A stretch of 64,000 bases of DNA from Felis catus (Eukaryota), in NCBI RefSeq assembly GCF_018350175.1, contig NC_058368.1:143594001-143658000 (forward strand), in the 5' to 3' direction. A program made the position numbers and the translations under genes. Below, in pieces: positions 25,511-38,725 of this stretch; within the stretch, counting starts at the first letter, position 1, and the number at the start of each line of letters is the position of its first letter. The notes under the pieces are model-generated. The model saw nothing but the letters and a program-made list of their open reading frames with translations, was not told the DNA's origin and did no database searches.

Positions 25511-25939
25511 GAAACTTAACAGGAACCCATGGGGGAGGGGAAGAAAAAAAAAAGAGGTTAGAGTGGGAGAGAGCCAAAGCATAAGAGACTCTTAAAAACT
25601 GAGAACAAACTGAGGGTTGATGGGGGGTGGGAGGGAGGGGAGTGTGGATGATGGATATTGAGGAGGGCACCTTTTGGGATAAGTACTGGGTGTTGTATGG
25701 AAACCAATTTAACAACAAATTTCATATATTTTTTAAAAAGCTGTCATTCCAATTTCATTTAACATTGTACACACACACACACAAAGACAATGAAAAGGAT
25801 CAGTGAATGATACAGAATAGTGAAAGCCTAAGTGAGAATAGTTCATATTTCCTTAACCACATAGCTAAGAATTTTATTACATCTTCATACAAAGAGGCTA
25901 ACCTCAAAATCACACTGTACTCTTAAAGCCAAATAATAA

Positions 25940-26880
25940 AAGCACAAATAATCCAATTTAAAAATGGATAATGGGGGCACCTTGTGGCTCAGTCGGTTGA
26001 GCGTCTGACTTCAGCTCAGGTCATGATCTCACAGTTCGTGAGTTCGAGCCTCACATTTGATCCTGGAACCTGCTTCACATTCTGTGTCTCCCTCTCTCTC
26101 TCTCTGCCCCTCCCCCACTCACACTCTGTCTCTCTCAAAAATAAAATAAACATTTAAAAAATCATAAAAATGGAAAATTATTTCAATAGACATCTCTCCA
26201 AGATTATATACATATGGCCAATAAGCCCATAAGAAGATGCTCAGCATCTTTAGTTTTTCGGAAATTGCAACTCAGAAGCCAATTAAATACTTATCCACTA
26301 GGATGGCTATAATTAAAAATACAGACAATAACAAGTGTAGGCAAGAATGTGGAGAAAATGGAACCCTCAAACATTGCTGGTGGGATTGTGAAATAATACA
26401 GCTACTTTGGAAAACAGTTTGGCAGTTCTTTTAAAAGTAAAACAGAGGTCCATATGGCCTAGCAAATTTGCTAGATATTTATTCAAGAGAACTGAAAAAC
26501 ATATGTCCATATAAAAACTTCTATACAAATGTTTATAGCAGCATTATTCATCACAGCCAAAGGTAAAAACAGCCCAAATATCCATCAACTGATGAATTGA
26601 TAAACAAAATGTATATCCATGCAATGGAATATTGCTCATTAAAAAAGTGAAGTGCCAATGCTTGCTGGATGGATGAAAAAGGATGCATTTTGAAAATATT
26701 AATGCTAAGTGAAAGAAGTCAGACACAAAAGGTCATATGTGTATGATTTCATCAATAGGAAATATCCAGAATAGAAAAATCTATAGAGACAGAAATTGGA
26801 TTAATAGTTTCCAAGCACTGGGAGGAGGAGTCAGGAGTGACTACCAATGGGTAAGAGTCTCTTCCTTCTGGAGAGATGTA
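25940..26880 (+). mobile_element. Older L1 (L1MB/MC-like) 3' fragment interrupted by a SINE
   Basis: [19 protein letters not shown]; tatccatcaactgatgaa; gctaagtgaaagaagtcagacacaaaagg. Confidence 0.85.
25973..26165 (+). mobile_element. Can-SINE
   Basis: SINE body; TSD aaaaatgga(t/a)aat. Confidence 0.92.
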
Positions 26881-27042
26881 AATGTCTTTTTTATTGCATA
26901 AACACCTTATATCCCCTTGCAAAACCCAGAAAAGCAAAGACAGTAGTTACCAATTACCTTGCCACTCAAAGGTACACTGTTAAGACTTTTATTTTACATT
27001 CTTCCAATTTTTTAAAGTCCTTTTCACTTTATGAAAATAGGA

Positions 27043-27248
27043 TTTTTTTTTAATGTTTATTCATGTTTGAGAGAACAGAGTATGAGCGGGGAAGGGGCAG
27101 AGACAGAGGGAGACACAGAATCCGAAGCAGGCTCCAGGCTCTGAGCGGTCAGCACAGAGCCCAACCGCAGGGCTCAAACCCACGAGCTGTGAGATCATGA
27201 CCTGAGCCAAAGTCGGATGCTCAACCTACTGAGCCACCCAGGTGCCCC
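27043..27248 (-). mobile_element. Can-SINE
   Basis: TSD tgaaaatag(g/t)att; ...ctgagccacccaggtgcccc. Confidence 0.95.
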
Positions 27249-27339
27249 TGAAAATAGTATTTTTAAATGTAAATATTTCTCTTTAGGCCACCACTAAGCT
27301 GTCATCTCGAACTTCCCTCTGTTACCATCTTGGGAGTTC

Positions 27340-28700
27340 CTTTTGCTTTTCTCATGATTATATTCCCTGCTTCCCAGTCTCCTGTCTTCCTGCTTGCTAT
27401 AGTCTCTTGTTTTGAGGATGTGACAGGGTGGCATAGATAATAGTCTCAGCAGCCTGCTTGGCCCCTGAGACACACTGCGGCAGTCTGGGTTGGTGGTACT
27501 CAGCTGGTGACACGTTGTCATCTTGTCATCTTGGGATCTCTCTTTCCCATCATTGTGGAGATTCCCTGTTTTTCTCCGTTCTCTTGGCTGGAGATTCTCT
27601 TGGCTTTCCAGTCTCCTTTATCTTTTTATTTTCCTTTAGTCTTCCCCTTGCTGAGTTTAATCTCTTCTTTTTGATATAGCACATCCTCCAGTAGATTCTG
27701 GAAAAAAGATGCATGGACGGTAAGTTTTTTGAGACCTTTAAAAATGCCTTTAGTCTATGCCCACATTTGATGAGAGTGTAGATAGGTTGAAAATTCCAGG
27801 TTTAGAATTCTAAAGGTGTTGCTTATTACCTTCTGGCTTCTAGTGCTAGCACATGGCAGGCCCTTCCAATATGGAAAATCTTGTATTTCGGCCTTGGAAA
27901 TTTTCTTGAATTATTTCATTGGCAATTTCCTCCCTCCGTTTTCTCTGTTTTCGCTTTCTGGAATTTTTGCTATTTGGCTTTTGGACCTGCTAGTTGAATT
28001 CTTGTTTGTCTCTTAGACAAATCCTCTTAATTTTCTATTTTCTTTGTTTTCTTGCTTTACTTTCTAAGGGCAAGAGTTCAACTCTATCTCCATTCCTTCT
28101 TCACTTTGCTATCACAATCTTAATTCCAGGAGGTCTTTTATTCACTGCATATTTCTTTGTGTAAGAGAGAAGAAGAAGCACATAATGTTCCATTCTTTTT
28201 TCATGTATATAGCATCTTTTCTTAGCTCTCTGATATATTGCCTATAATTGGTTTCTTTTTCTAAAAGTGTTCTTTGTCTTTCCTCCAAGTTGCTTTTTCT
28301 TTGTTTGCATCTCTTTCTTCCAAAGTGGAGACTTTCCTCAGATGTCTGGTATTCTTTAACTACCCATGATTAAGGGTTGGGGGATAAAAGGCTGTTTGAA
28401 AGCTGTGAATATGTAGGTTGGGCTTGATAGTCCTAAGCTTTACTGTAGGGTGAGTAAGCCATTTGTTGGGAAAGACCCACCTTTGCACTAGCCAAATAAA
28501 CCAGAGTTGTCTTTCCTGTATCCTTCTAAGAGGGCAAAGGACTGAGTGTCATCATTCTGGGACTGAGAGAAAAAAAGAGCTGGAAATGTCTACATTCAGC
28601 ATTCAGAAAATAGTCACTGACTCCTCCTGTTTTAAGTGTTCACTGTGCCTGTCAACCCATTAATAGCCCCAGTTCCAGAGACTTTGGGTTTGGTTCTTAG
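27340..28700 (-). mobile_element. HAL1/ancient L1 ORF1-type remnant
   Basis: gcacatcctccagtag...gatgcatgg...ttttttgagacctt resembles HAL1 (recalled); T-rich strand bias. Confidence 0.55.
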
Positions 28701-31700
28701 CTCTCCTCAGTACAGTTTAAGAGTATTCTTTCCTACATCTAGGAAGGAAGAGCTATTATGGCAGAAAAGCTGAAAAGAAGAATCAAATCTTAGTTTTGAC
28801 ATTTCTAAAGTCTAAACCCCCAGTACCCAGTTTATGTCATTATGCAGCAAAAACTAAAACTTAGAAATAGGACAAAAATGATGACTGTGTGACCGTTCTA
28901 GAAAGTCTGTGAAGGGTTATCTGACTCGCTCAGGGAATGTCCCTTTGGTTGTGGACCAGACATTGTACAACCCTGGTAAGTTAAAGATTCACTTGTAGAA
29001 AAATGATAAGGTGTGATGATATATTTAAGGGCTGGGGAGGAGGCTGGAAAATAAAGAAGATAAACCTAACTCTTATGTGTAGGGCATTAGCTTTTTTAGT
29101 ATCTTTTTAATAATCTTATTTCAGTATTCCATTTCTCACTAACTATATAATCTGTTTCTCAAAATTTCAAGCTTTTTGTCTTGCTGCCAGTTCCTTCATT
29201 AATGAGCTAAGAAAACCTTGGTTTGAATTAGCCCTCTATATGTAAGGGAAATAGGATTTTATTTTTTAAAGAATTCGAGAATGGTGCTTATACACCAAGA
29301 ACGAAATATCCGTAAGACTAATGCTCAGTAATAATAAGCTGTCTTTCCTGAACTTTCTCCCCAGATTAAATGAAGGGTCCCCAGGCTGGGGGAAAGAAGA
29401 ATCAGGGAAGCCAAAGAGCTTAGAAACTGGAAGGTGCTAAGAAGAGGTCTGAGCTACAGAATGTAAGTAATTTACTTTTTATACAGTGGATCATTTTGTA
29501 CTTCTGTTGTGTATTATACTCAGTAATATAGCGTAAACATCTTCATAGGCCAACAAATGGCCTATATATGATATATATGGCCTAGAATATGATTCTTCAT
29601 TGCTACATAGCATTCCACCCCATAAGCTATTTTAATGGTTTAGAAAAACTCTGAACATTTCTCTTTCCAACTGGTAGGCAAACTCCATCTTAGTTATTTT
29701 AGTTATTAAGTCCTGAGTTAAAAGACCATCTCCTTATTGGAAAAAAACCTAGACTGGGTAGAATCCAACAAACAGTTTTAGTCAAGGATCTAGTGACCAT
29801 AGTTGGCAAAGCCAAGTTAGCTTCTCTTGTAGAAAACTCTTTAATGAAGCTGGTCATGTTTAATTCTGGATGGCCATACTAGGGCAACACTTATTTGACA
29901 CCATACAAGGAGAGCTCTAGGAATGGAAGACAGTGGATTCAGGGAGCCTCCCCAATGCATGTCTTAAGTAATAGCAAAACCTAGCTTTCTGCCCACCCCT
30001 AGCCCTGTTTTTCTGCACAGCCGGTGATTGGGAGGCAGGGATGTGCCTGATGATGACAGGCTGGTGCTGGGCTTCTCTCAGCCTATAAACAGAAAGTAAT
30101 AAATGGACCTGTTCAAAAAGGCATGGGGGAGACTGCCGTGGACTTCCACAGCTGATGGAAGGATTCCTAATGTGGACAGAGATACTAGTGTCTAAAGGGC
30201 CCCGATCCCATGATGGAGTCTGCAATGGCCTCGGTATCCCCTGAAGTACACTTGTTAGTAGAAGTCTCAGAGTTGATCAGTTACCTTTTCCTGAGATGCT
30301 GGTTTGAATCATTCCCTGTTTGGGGTGAGGGGGTTGGGGGCTTACTTTTACCATAAATCAAAACGCTTCCAGTTGAGATCTATGTGGGATTGGAGATTTT
30401 GTTGTTAGTGTGTGTGCACGTGCCTGTAGCTTTGAAAAACACGGTGTGTTTGGATCAAACAGCAGCATTTGGATAACTGTGGTTTGGTTAAAACAGATTT
30501 CTATTTGCTCTTGCTATTATGTACATTTTATTCTGAAAATCACAGACACTTAGAATCTATTCAACAGGGTCACAAGATAGTTTTTAAAAGCTCATTCCAG
30601 TGATAGAAACAAAATACAAATTCCTAGTTTCTTTAAGAGAAAAGAAAATGTCACTTTCTTCCCTCAAGTGTTGAGAGAAAAAAATAATATTTGCATTATA
30701 AATCCTGATACTAAATTACAGGCAAAAATGTGACCCATGGAAGTTATTTTATTGTTCTGTAGTGTTGTGTTATATTCAGGGTATATTATCTTCGTTAGTT
30801 GGAAAAGCAAAGTTAGAATCATATGCAGACTTTCTTGGTAATTCATTTAATTTCCTGTTTTCTGGTTTTTTTGGTGACTTCTGTAGAAGGACTATTTAAA
30901 AAGCTTCCCTTTGAGAATGGCCCAAGGAGCAAAGGAAACTTCTATTTTAATGCTTTATGAGTTGGAGAGAGGAATGCATCTCACAAAGCCTAAGCACCAT
31001 TCCAAACAGTGACAAGACAAAGTTGAGCTGAGTGAGAGAACAAACTAGGGGCAAAGTCGTGGGTTGGGGAATGGAGGTTAGTGTTCATCTGCTTCATAAA
31101 AGAGAGTGATGATCTGTTTTCCACCTGTGAAATGGTAGAATGAGTGATTGAAGTCCAGTTGTCTTAACATCAGAAAAATAACATTGATTTCAGAAACTAA
31201 TACATAATAATATATGTATATATGTATATGTATGTAACTTGTACACACCAAAAATAAGAATGATCATACCATTAACGGTTCTCAAAATTAAGATTGCTTT
31301 TTCCCCTGCTTGAAAAAGAAAACCTTAGCCAACCGAAGGAATAGACTTCAACACTCTGACCCTGCTGTCCAGCCCCCTTACCTTCCCCACACAGATCCTA
31401 TAGACTAGAACAGTTGGCATTGGTCACAAAGGCAGTTGACATGAATAAAACAGCTTTATCCTGGATTCCAAGATACCTGTGCAATGCTTTCCCTGAAGAC
31501 TCTGGGCTTTCCCAGCTATAGAAACCACCCCCTTTCCCTTACTTTTCTCCAGGAGGACAGAGGAATCCACAGACTGTCAAGAATATCAGGTCTCCACCCA
31601 CAAAGCAGAAAGCCTTGGAGAGGTGACACTTCCAAGATCATATTGTTTAATGTGTTTGCTATACCTTGTGAGGGACAATGGTCTTAAAGGTTTTTGAAGT

Positions 31701-33335
31701 ACAAAAGCTGTTCATTCCAAGGGGACTATCATTTTGCTAAGAATAGGACAAAGAGGTCTATCCACCCTCATCCTTAACCTCCTCCCTGTCCCTAAAAAAG
31801 AACTGGATTAAAGGGCACATGTCAGAAAATCTGATCTGGAGAACATGTGATGAAGTTTTATCCTTCATGAAAAGAAAATGTTCTGTTTTTCCCATTATAA
31901 ATGCCTTGGTTCCTGCCAAGCCTCTTTTTATCCCAAATGTCAGAATATCCTGGTATAACACAGCAGAGATAGGGCAGCACAAACACTGAGTTATAATTTA
32001 ATTCAATGTATACTCATTGAGAACTGTTATACTAAGAATACCTTCCTCAAATCTCTTCCCCTGTCACCAGTAAAATAGTTTTTGATACTAAGAATTTCAT
32101 TTTTTTAAAAAAATTCTCCCACTAAATAAGACCGTGATGTTTCCATCTGGACTTTGCCATGGGCACCTTGGGCTGGAAGTATAAGGTACAGTCTTTCTCA
32201 TGTTCTGGGAAATTCTCGTGGCCCAGTACAGGTAGCACCACTTTGAGCATCTGGCCAGTATTAGGGACTATACAGAGGGGCCAGCATGGCCATTTGCTTC
32301 CCAAGGCCAGGTGGTCATGAGAGACCTAGCGGGCAGGGACTATCAGCGCCTACCATGAAATAGGCGGTCAGTAAATGTTGAGATCTGAAATCTCAAGATC
32401 GGAATGATCAATATGCACTTTATTGGCTATAAAAATAGACTCATCTCTTCTTGTACTGGCTCAGAGAAGTGTGAGTATTCATGTAGTAGAGGAGGTTGTT
32501 TAAGGCAAGCAAAGCTCTGTTCTTTTTCAAACATGCCTGTTTCAAACACACTGTTCTTTTTTTTTTTTTTTTAATGGCTTCTATTTCTTCTTGCATTGCC
32601 TTAATCATTTGAACAGAAGGGCTCCTCTTTGAGGCTCCTTAAGATGGAACAGAATGCTACCTTTAGGTTCCCTGCTTTGCACAGACCCCCAGCCTTGTCT
32701 CTTACCCCTAAATCTATGTCTTTGTCCAAAACGCCCTTGGGCTCCCTCCACACCAGCTCACATGCATGGCACTGGTTTTTCTTTGTTTCCGGCACTCAAG
32801 AAGGGAATTATATATATTGTGGGAGGGGTCATATCTACAGCAGCTCAGATTCTCCTTACTGCAGGAAGTTCCTCCCATCTCCTTTACATCATGGAAAAAG
32901 TATTCTTTTAAGTTTAGAGATCTTGTAAGAATAATGTATGGCCTTTAAGAAATGAATGCAACAAAATTAACACAGCTTAGAGTCTAACAGAATGAGTTTA
33001 TATAGATCATATAAACTCTGTTTCTTCATTCTCAAATATAAAAGCTGTTGCTTCCCTCTCCCACCACCACCCATTGGATATCATTATTTATGGGGAAAAT
33101 TCTATTTCTTAGAATCATTATATTTTTGTCAGTAGAAGGGGAACTCAGATACCTTCAGTGCCAGGGGGATACCACAGATAAGTGACTCTGACCAGGTGTA
33201 AGCCACCAGGGAGGGATGCAGGCTGGAGTAAAATGAAGACCTCTCTCTCACACAAAGGAAAAAAAAGAAGAGAGACTCACTTACATGTTGCTGTCATTAA
33301 AAGAAATGTCGCAAATTTTCTTGTCCCCAGCTTTC

Positions 33336-33574
33336 TTTTTTTTTTTTTTTTTTAATTTTTAAAAAAAAATTTTTTTTTCAACGTTTATTTATTTTTGGGA
33401 CAGAGAAAGACAGAGCATGAACGGGGGAGGGGCAGAGAGAGAGGGAGACACAGAATCGGAAACAGGCTCCAAGCCATCAGCCCAGAGCCCGACGCGGGGC
33501 TCGAACTCCCGGACCGCGAGATCGTGACCTGGCTGAAGTCGGACGCTTAACCGACTGCGCCACCCAGGCGCCCC
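33336..33574 (-). mobile_element. Young felid SINE (SINEC_Fc-like)
   Basis: Near-identical to 17223-17443 in reverse orientation; TSD cccagctttctttt; long bipartite tail. Confidence 0.98.
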
Positions 33575-34114
33575 AACCCAGCTTTCTTTTAACAACAAAT
33601 TCTGAATAGCATCAGAATATATAGATAAGTTGGTCAGAGCCTGAACAGACATGCAGGCCGGGGCCTGATTTATGAGAAGGTTTGAGGACTGTTGTACAAG
33701 GGTGCAGCTCAGGGTTTCCCCACCTTAACCTAAGCAACCACAGAAAGCCTTGTGAATCACTTAGCAAGTCAGAATCTTGCACCTGTTTCACTCAGAGAGT
33801 ACTCCAGAAGCCCTGACACCATCACTTCCCTGTCACAAGGGGCTGGGGGCCAGATTTTCGCCTATGAAGCATCCTGAGAAATTCTTTTCACCCAGTAAAC
33901 AAAGCCTGACTGAAACCCCTTCTGATATATAGACCCTGGCCGAGTAGTCTGTGTGACCTCGTGCAGGGCCAAGAATTGCTTTTGGTCACTCGGTGGCATT
34001 ACATATGTCTTAAAGGGGTTTGATTATGCAAGAAAGGTGTGGTGTGGTGTGGTGGCAAGAACAGGCTTTTGGAACAAGATCGACCCACTTCTGAATGCCA
34101 GTGTTGATGAACAG

Positions 34115-34985
34115 TGCATCACTGTCCAGTCAACAACGCTTTCTGAATGTCCACTAAGTGGTGGGCACTGTTCTAGACCCCAAGGAGACAATGGTGAACA
34201 AAGCAGAAAAGTCCTTGCTTTGGGGAAGTTTACATTTAGCTGGGGGGAGACTGGTAATAAATAAAAAATTAATTAAATGACATAGTAGGTTAGAAGGTGA
34301 TGGGTGCTGAGGATAAAATCAAGTAGGGACCGTGAATGGAGAGTGCAATTTAGTGTGTTCACGGAAGCTTCACTGAGCAGATGACCGTTGGGCAAAGACT
34401 TGAAGGGGGTGAAGGAGAGAGCTGTCAAAATGTGTGGGGAGTAGGGTTCCACAGGAAGGTCCTGAGGTCGGTTCAAGTAACAACAGGGAGGCCAGCACGT
34501 CTGGATGGAATGGGGTGGGTGGGAGTGGTAGGAAATAAGTGGCTAAAGGCGATGAGGGGTGATCAGGCCATTGCAAATACTTACCGTGAGCAAAATGGGG
34601 AGGTGCTGTGGGGTATATTTTGAAGGATTTCCTGATGGATTGAATGAGGTCTCAGAGAAGAAGAATAGCCAAGAGGGAGCCCAAGGTTTTGGGCTTGAGC
34701 AACTGGAAGAGTGGAGGTGCCATCAACTGAGACAGGAAGGATGTAGGAGGAACTGATGGCAGGGAAGGGCAGAATCAGGAGTTCACTTTTGGAATTGTTC
34801 GGCGAAGATGATGAATAAACTGTGGCATAGGAGTCTGAAGCACACAAGAGAGACCTAAACTGAGGATATAAATGTGGGACCATGTAAATGGTATTTAAAA
34901 CTGTGGGAATCACTGATAGCAATGACGACTGATGGTAGACAGGGAATAGAAGAGGTTCTAGGACTGAGACCTGGGACACATCGAC
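34115..34985 (-). mobile_element. L2 LINE remnant
   Basis: ggtttttgggcttgagcaactggaagagtggagg and ggtatttaaaactgtggga are L2 motifs (recalled). Confidence 0.75.
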
Positions 34986-35069
34986 ACAGTAGCCCAGCTA
35001 CTGTGGAGGATCTGGGTGGCTGCAGGGGTGATAGGGTTAGGACCAAGGCACTCATTTTTCCCAGCTGCT

Positions 35070-35410
35070 AGCAGTTAACAATCTACCCCCCACCTCCAGG
35101 AATTGCCCTCTGCTGAAGGAGGCTACCACACCCCAGGTTATACCCTCATCCCAGGGACGGCCTGGGTCCAATTACTGGTCAACTTAGGGGTTTAAAGCCC
35201 ACCTAATATCTCATTTCAGAACTCTGAGGGGCCCTCCCAGCTCCAGAGCATTTGTGGTATCAATCAAAGCCATTGCTGTACCTGCTTCACTGTTCAGCTT
35301 CTCCCTCGGCCTAACCCCACTGCCTTCAAGTCCTTGCAGGTGGTGTTTCCAGGAGCACCCCTGTATATAGATCTCTACCTCGGTTGATTTCTTAGGGGAT
35401 CTGTTCTACA
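35070..35410 (+). mobile_element. LTR16-like ERVL LTR remnant
   Basis: aattgccctctgctgaagga...cccagctccagagc...ccaggagcaccc (recalled similarity). Confidence 0.55.
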
Positions 35411-35414
35411 ACAG

Positions 35415-35560
35415 TAGCTTTGGGCATAGTGCTTGCTTTTACAGTTTCCACATTTGTAACATGGCAATAATTATACCTACCTGGCAAGATCGTTGTAGGG
35501 AGAAGAGACTTTGTGTACAGTGCCTAGAACAATGCTTGATTAGTGGCAGGCACTCAAAAC
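35415..35560 (+). mobile_element. MIR remnant
   Basis: cagtttccacatttgtaacatggcaataattatacctacc...tgcctagaacaatgcttg. Confidence 0.7.
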
Positions 35561-35999
35561 TTAAGTCTTGTCAGAATCAGATTTCACTATTCCACTTTCT
35601 CAAACTCTCAAGAAGATTAGGAAAGGTAGCATTACAGTGCTCAGGAGGTCTGTCTGTCCTTCCCCTGAACTCCCCAGACTACATTCAGATGCTTCTTTTG
35701 TGTGCTCTGGGAGCACCCTCCACTTCTCACATCATAATTATAGATGGCACTATTCTAGACTACAGTTGCATATTTAATTTTTTCCCACCCCTCTTTCCCA
35801 TAAGGTCTATATCTGTCTTGTTCATGATTGTGTATCTCCAGGGACTAGCACATTGTAGGCATTTCATAAATATTTATTGAATTGAATTGAATCGAATCGA
35901 ATTGACATGTGGCAGAGTTTACAGAATAAGGCAAGACTCAGTTTGGCTCAGCTCTGGGAATTAGACTCAAGTAACCTTTATGAAGCCCAAAAAAGACTC

Positions 36000-36725
36000 C
36001 ATCTACCAATCTATCCATCTATCCATCTATCCATTTACTCAAGATTTAGAGAGCACCAATTTGTGCTAGGCACCAGAAACAGGTATCAAACAAGATCTTA
36101 CAGGCAAACAGGGGATAGATAGTGGACAATAAACAACCATAAAATCTGCTGTTAAAAAATAAAGGGGGAGAGAGAAAGGCAGCAGGGACTCGGTTAGACA
36201 GAGTGATTGGAGACTTCTGAGAAGAGGAAATTTAAGATGACCTGAAAAAATGTGTAGACGCTAGATATGGGAAAGGTGGGAATATTTCAGGCTAAGAAAG
36301 ATCCTGACAAGGGGAGAGAAAACCAGTGTGAAGGAAGAAGAGGGAGGGAGGCAGAGGCTGAGTTGGTGGGAGGGGTGGGTTTGGGGAGGGCAGTCCGTGC
36401 AGAGCCTTTCTCACAGCGTAGTACACACTTTGAGACAATGAGAGACTTATTCTTGGTACTGTTGAAGACAATGGATTATAGGAGAGCAAATGTGTGGGTA
36501 GGAGGGACTAGATCAAGTAAATCTCTTCCTGATACACTTTGAAAGGAACCATGATAGGACTACCTGACCGTGGAGGTGAGGGAAGGGAAAGACTCAAGGA
36601 TGGCTTTTAGGTTTGGGGCTTGATTCTCTGAGTCGATGGTTATAGGAATAAGAGAGACTGAGGGAAGTAGGCAGGATTTTAGAGAGAACCAAGAGTTCCC
36701 TTTAGGAAATGTGCAATTCCCTTTT
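36000..36725 (-). mobile_element. L2 remnant(s)
   Basis: gagcaccaatttgtgctaggcacc; gactcaaggatggcttttaggtttgggg. Confidence 0.55.
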
Positions 36726-37655
36726 GGAAACTCGAGAGCCTGCCTCAGGACAGCCAGCTGCACTCCTTGCCCAGACTCTTCTGAGATCGCCTGAAGTTCT
36801 TGGGGCCCCCGGGGAAGCCTGGGGAAAAGAAGGCCCGCGGTGCTGGGGGTGAGTAACCACAGAGAGAACAAAGCATAAAGCAGTGCTTGTCTCCTGCAAA
36901 GATCAACACTCGATGTTCTTGGAAACTGAAGTGCAGGAGTTCAAATGTCTGCAGCCCCATTACCAGAAGGAGAGGTGTTCCCCAATCAGGAAAACTGCTC
37001 ACATCGAGCTCTCGGCACACTGCCCACGAGTCCCTGAAGAAGGGTCCCCTCGTCTCACACGCCACAGGAATGGAAGCCAGATCTGAAAGAGAGCACAGGC
37101 CTGCCAGTTGGGTGTCGTTCAGACATCTGCAGGCAATCAGGGGCCTCCTCATGCGTCTGGTCCTGCTCACGACTGGCTTTGTGCTAAGAAAAGCACATTT
37201 CTTCTGTGACCACCGGTCTGTCTAATCCACAAAGTGTGCTCTGGGACTCATTGGGCTTCTGGGGGTCGAGGATGGGCGAGGAGGGTGGCCCGGAGCCTCA
37301 TCCCTTAGCTTGAGCCCCAGGGGATATGACAGCATCGAAGCCAACCACCAGTTCTTTTCAAGCAAGTGTCGGGAGTAACTCAAGTCCTAATGCCGTTTGG
37401 CTGTGAGCACCACAGAAATCCTGTCACTGGTCAGCCTGGGTCACAGAGTCCCTGTTCCTCAACTCTGAGGCCTCTCTTTTAATTGCTGTGATTTGGCCAG
37501 TTCTCAGCACAGCCCAGTAGTGCACTCTCGATCCATCAGGGACATAGGAAATTTTCTCTTTAGTTACACTTTTCTGTGCCAATGAGATTATTTTAAGGTG
37601 CTACCCCCCACCCCCACTGCCATTTCCTCTCTGTTAAGGCTATGCTCATTAGCCA

Positions 37656-38201
37656 TGAGAGACCGAATATGCAAACGGACAGTGGCCAGACCATACCTAA
37701 AAAGAGAACCCTTACCCACAACCTTCAGCAACCTGCCTAGGAAACCAATCCCCTTACGTATAGTAAACAGCCCGGAAGCCAGTCTGCTGTACATGAGGCT
37801 TGTGAGAAGCCAGGTTGCCATCTCTTGTGACAATCCAGAAAGCCAATCGATAACTTCTTTAACAGTCAGCCACAGATGGCCAGAGCTTGGTTAATAACTT
37901 CCAGATTCCCTAATCCTTGTCCCTGCTTTCAACCTAGGACTAGAGAAAGTCAAATATGCACCTTTAACCAATCATACAGGATGCCCCACTCCTAGTTAGC
38001 CAGCCTCCAGCTTCCCCATGCCACCGGCCTCCAAGCAGGTGCACCAGAAGCCTTCCCTTTCCTCCACTCTAAAGCTTTCCCACTCCTCTGCCTGCCTTTG
38101 AGTCTCTACTAAAACGTATGTGACAGCAGCTGACGCCGCTGCTTTAGTAATCTCTGATAATAGGCTTTGCTTTCTTCATTTGCTTGATCTTGATTTCTGC
38201 A
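37656..38201 (+). mobile_element. Solo LTR, ERV1 class (MER89/MER90/MER110-like)
   Basis: TG...CA termini with a 4-bp TSD gcca; body resembles recalled consensus (ccagaccata...gcaacctgcctaggaaacc...ctctgcctgcctttgagtctct). Confidence 0.75.
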
Positions 38202-38289
38202 GCCATTTATGAATTTTTTTCCTTTATGAGTTTCTGAAAAAATAATTTAATAGTACATTTGGACAACCATATTGAGTCCTAATGTAATA

Positions 38290-38725
38290 GGTCAGGTACA
38301 ATTAATCTGCTGTAACAGACCCCAAATACTATGGCCTAAGTAAGACAGAAGTTCATTTCTCTCTCACGTACCTGTCTGCAGCAGCGGGTGGTCGAGGCCT
38401 GGATGGTTAACTGTGTTCCTTGAAGCCACTCAGGGACCCAGATTCCTTTCTCCTTGTTGCTCTACTGTTCCTTGGTATGTGCAGAAAACAAACTGACTCA
38501 GTCCCACGCTGTCTGTGCTCTGGCTGTAGAAAGGAAGAAAAGCTTCCCTTTCAAGGATGTGGTCTGGAAGTTACACACTTCACTTTATCTTATAGTTGGT
38601 GAGAACTCAGCCTCATAGCCACACCTGGCTGTCAGGGAAGCTGGGAAAAGTAGTCTCTGCAGGTCTAACACCTGTGGAATGGGAGAAAGTAGATGTCAGA
38701 GGACAAATTGAAGCCTTGCCCACAT
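38290..38725 (-). mobile_element. MLT1-type MaLR LTR remnant
   Basis: gctgtaacagaccccaaat...agttcatttctctctcac...gccacacctggctgtcagggaagctgggaaaagtag. Confidence 0.7.

Larger units (their letters stand above)
19825..25734 (+). mobile_element. Young full-length feline LINE-1 (L1_Fc-like), ~5.9 kb, inactivated
   Basis: GC-rich 5'UTR, ORF1, ORF2 and G-rich 3'UTR; TSD aaaaagctgtcattcc at 19809-19824 and 25735-25750. Confidence 0.98.

Noticed and set aside
36560..37230. Overlapping 100-140 aa ORFs and a gtgagt donor-like site in mildly GC-rich DNA as a possible exon
   Set aside because: No recognisable protein similarity, no consistent exon chain, and partial overlap with an L2 remnant.
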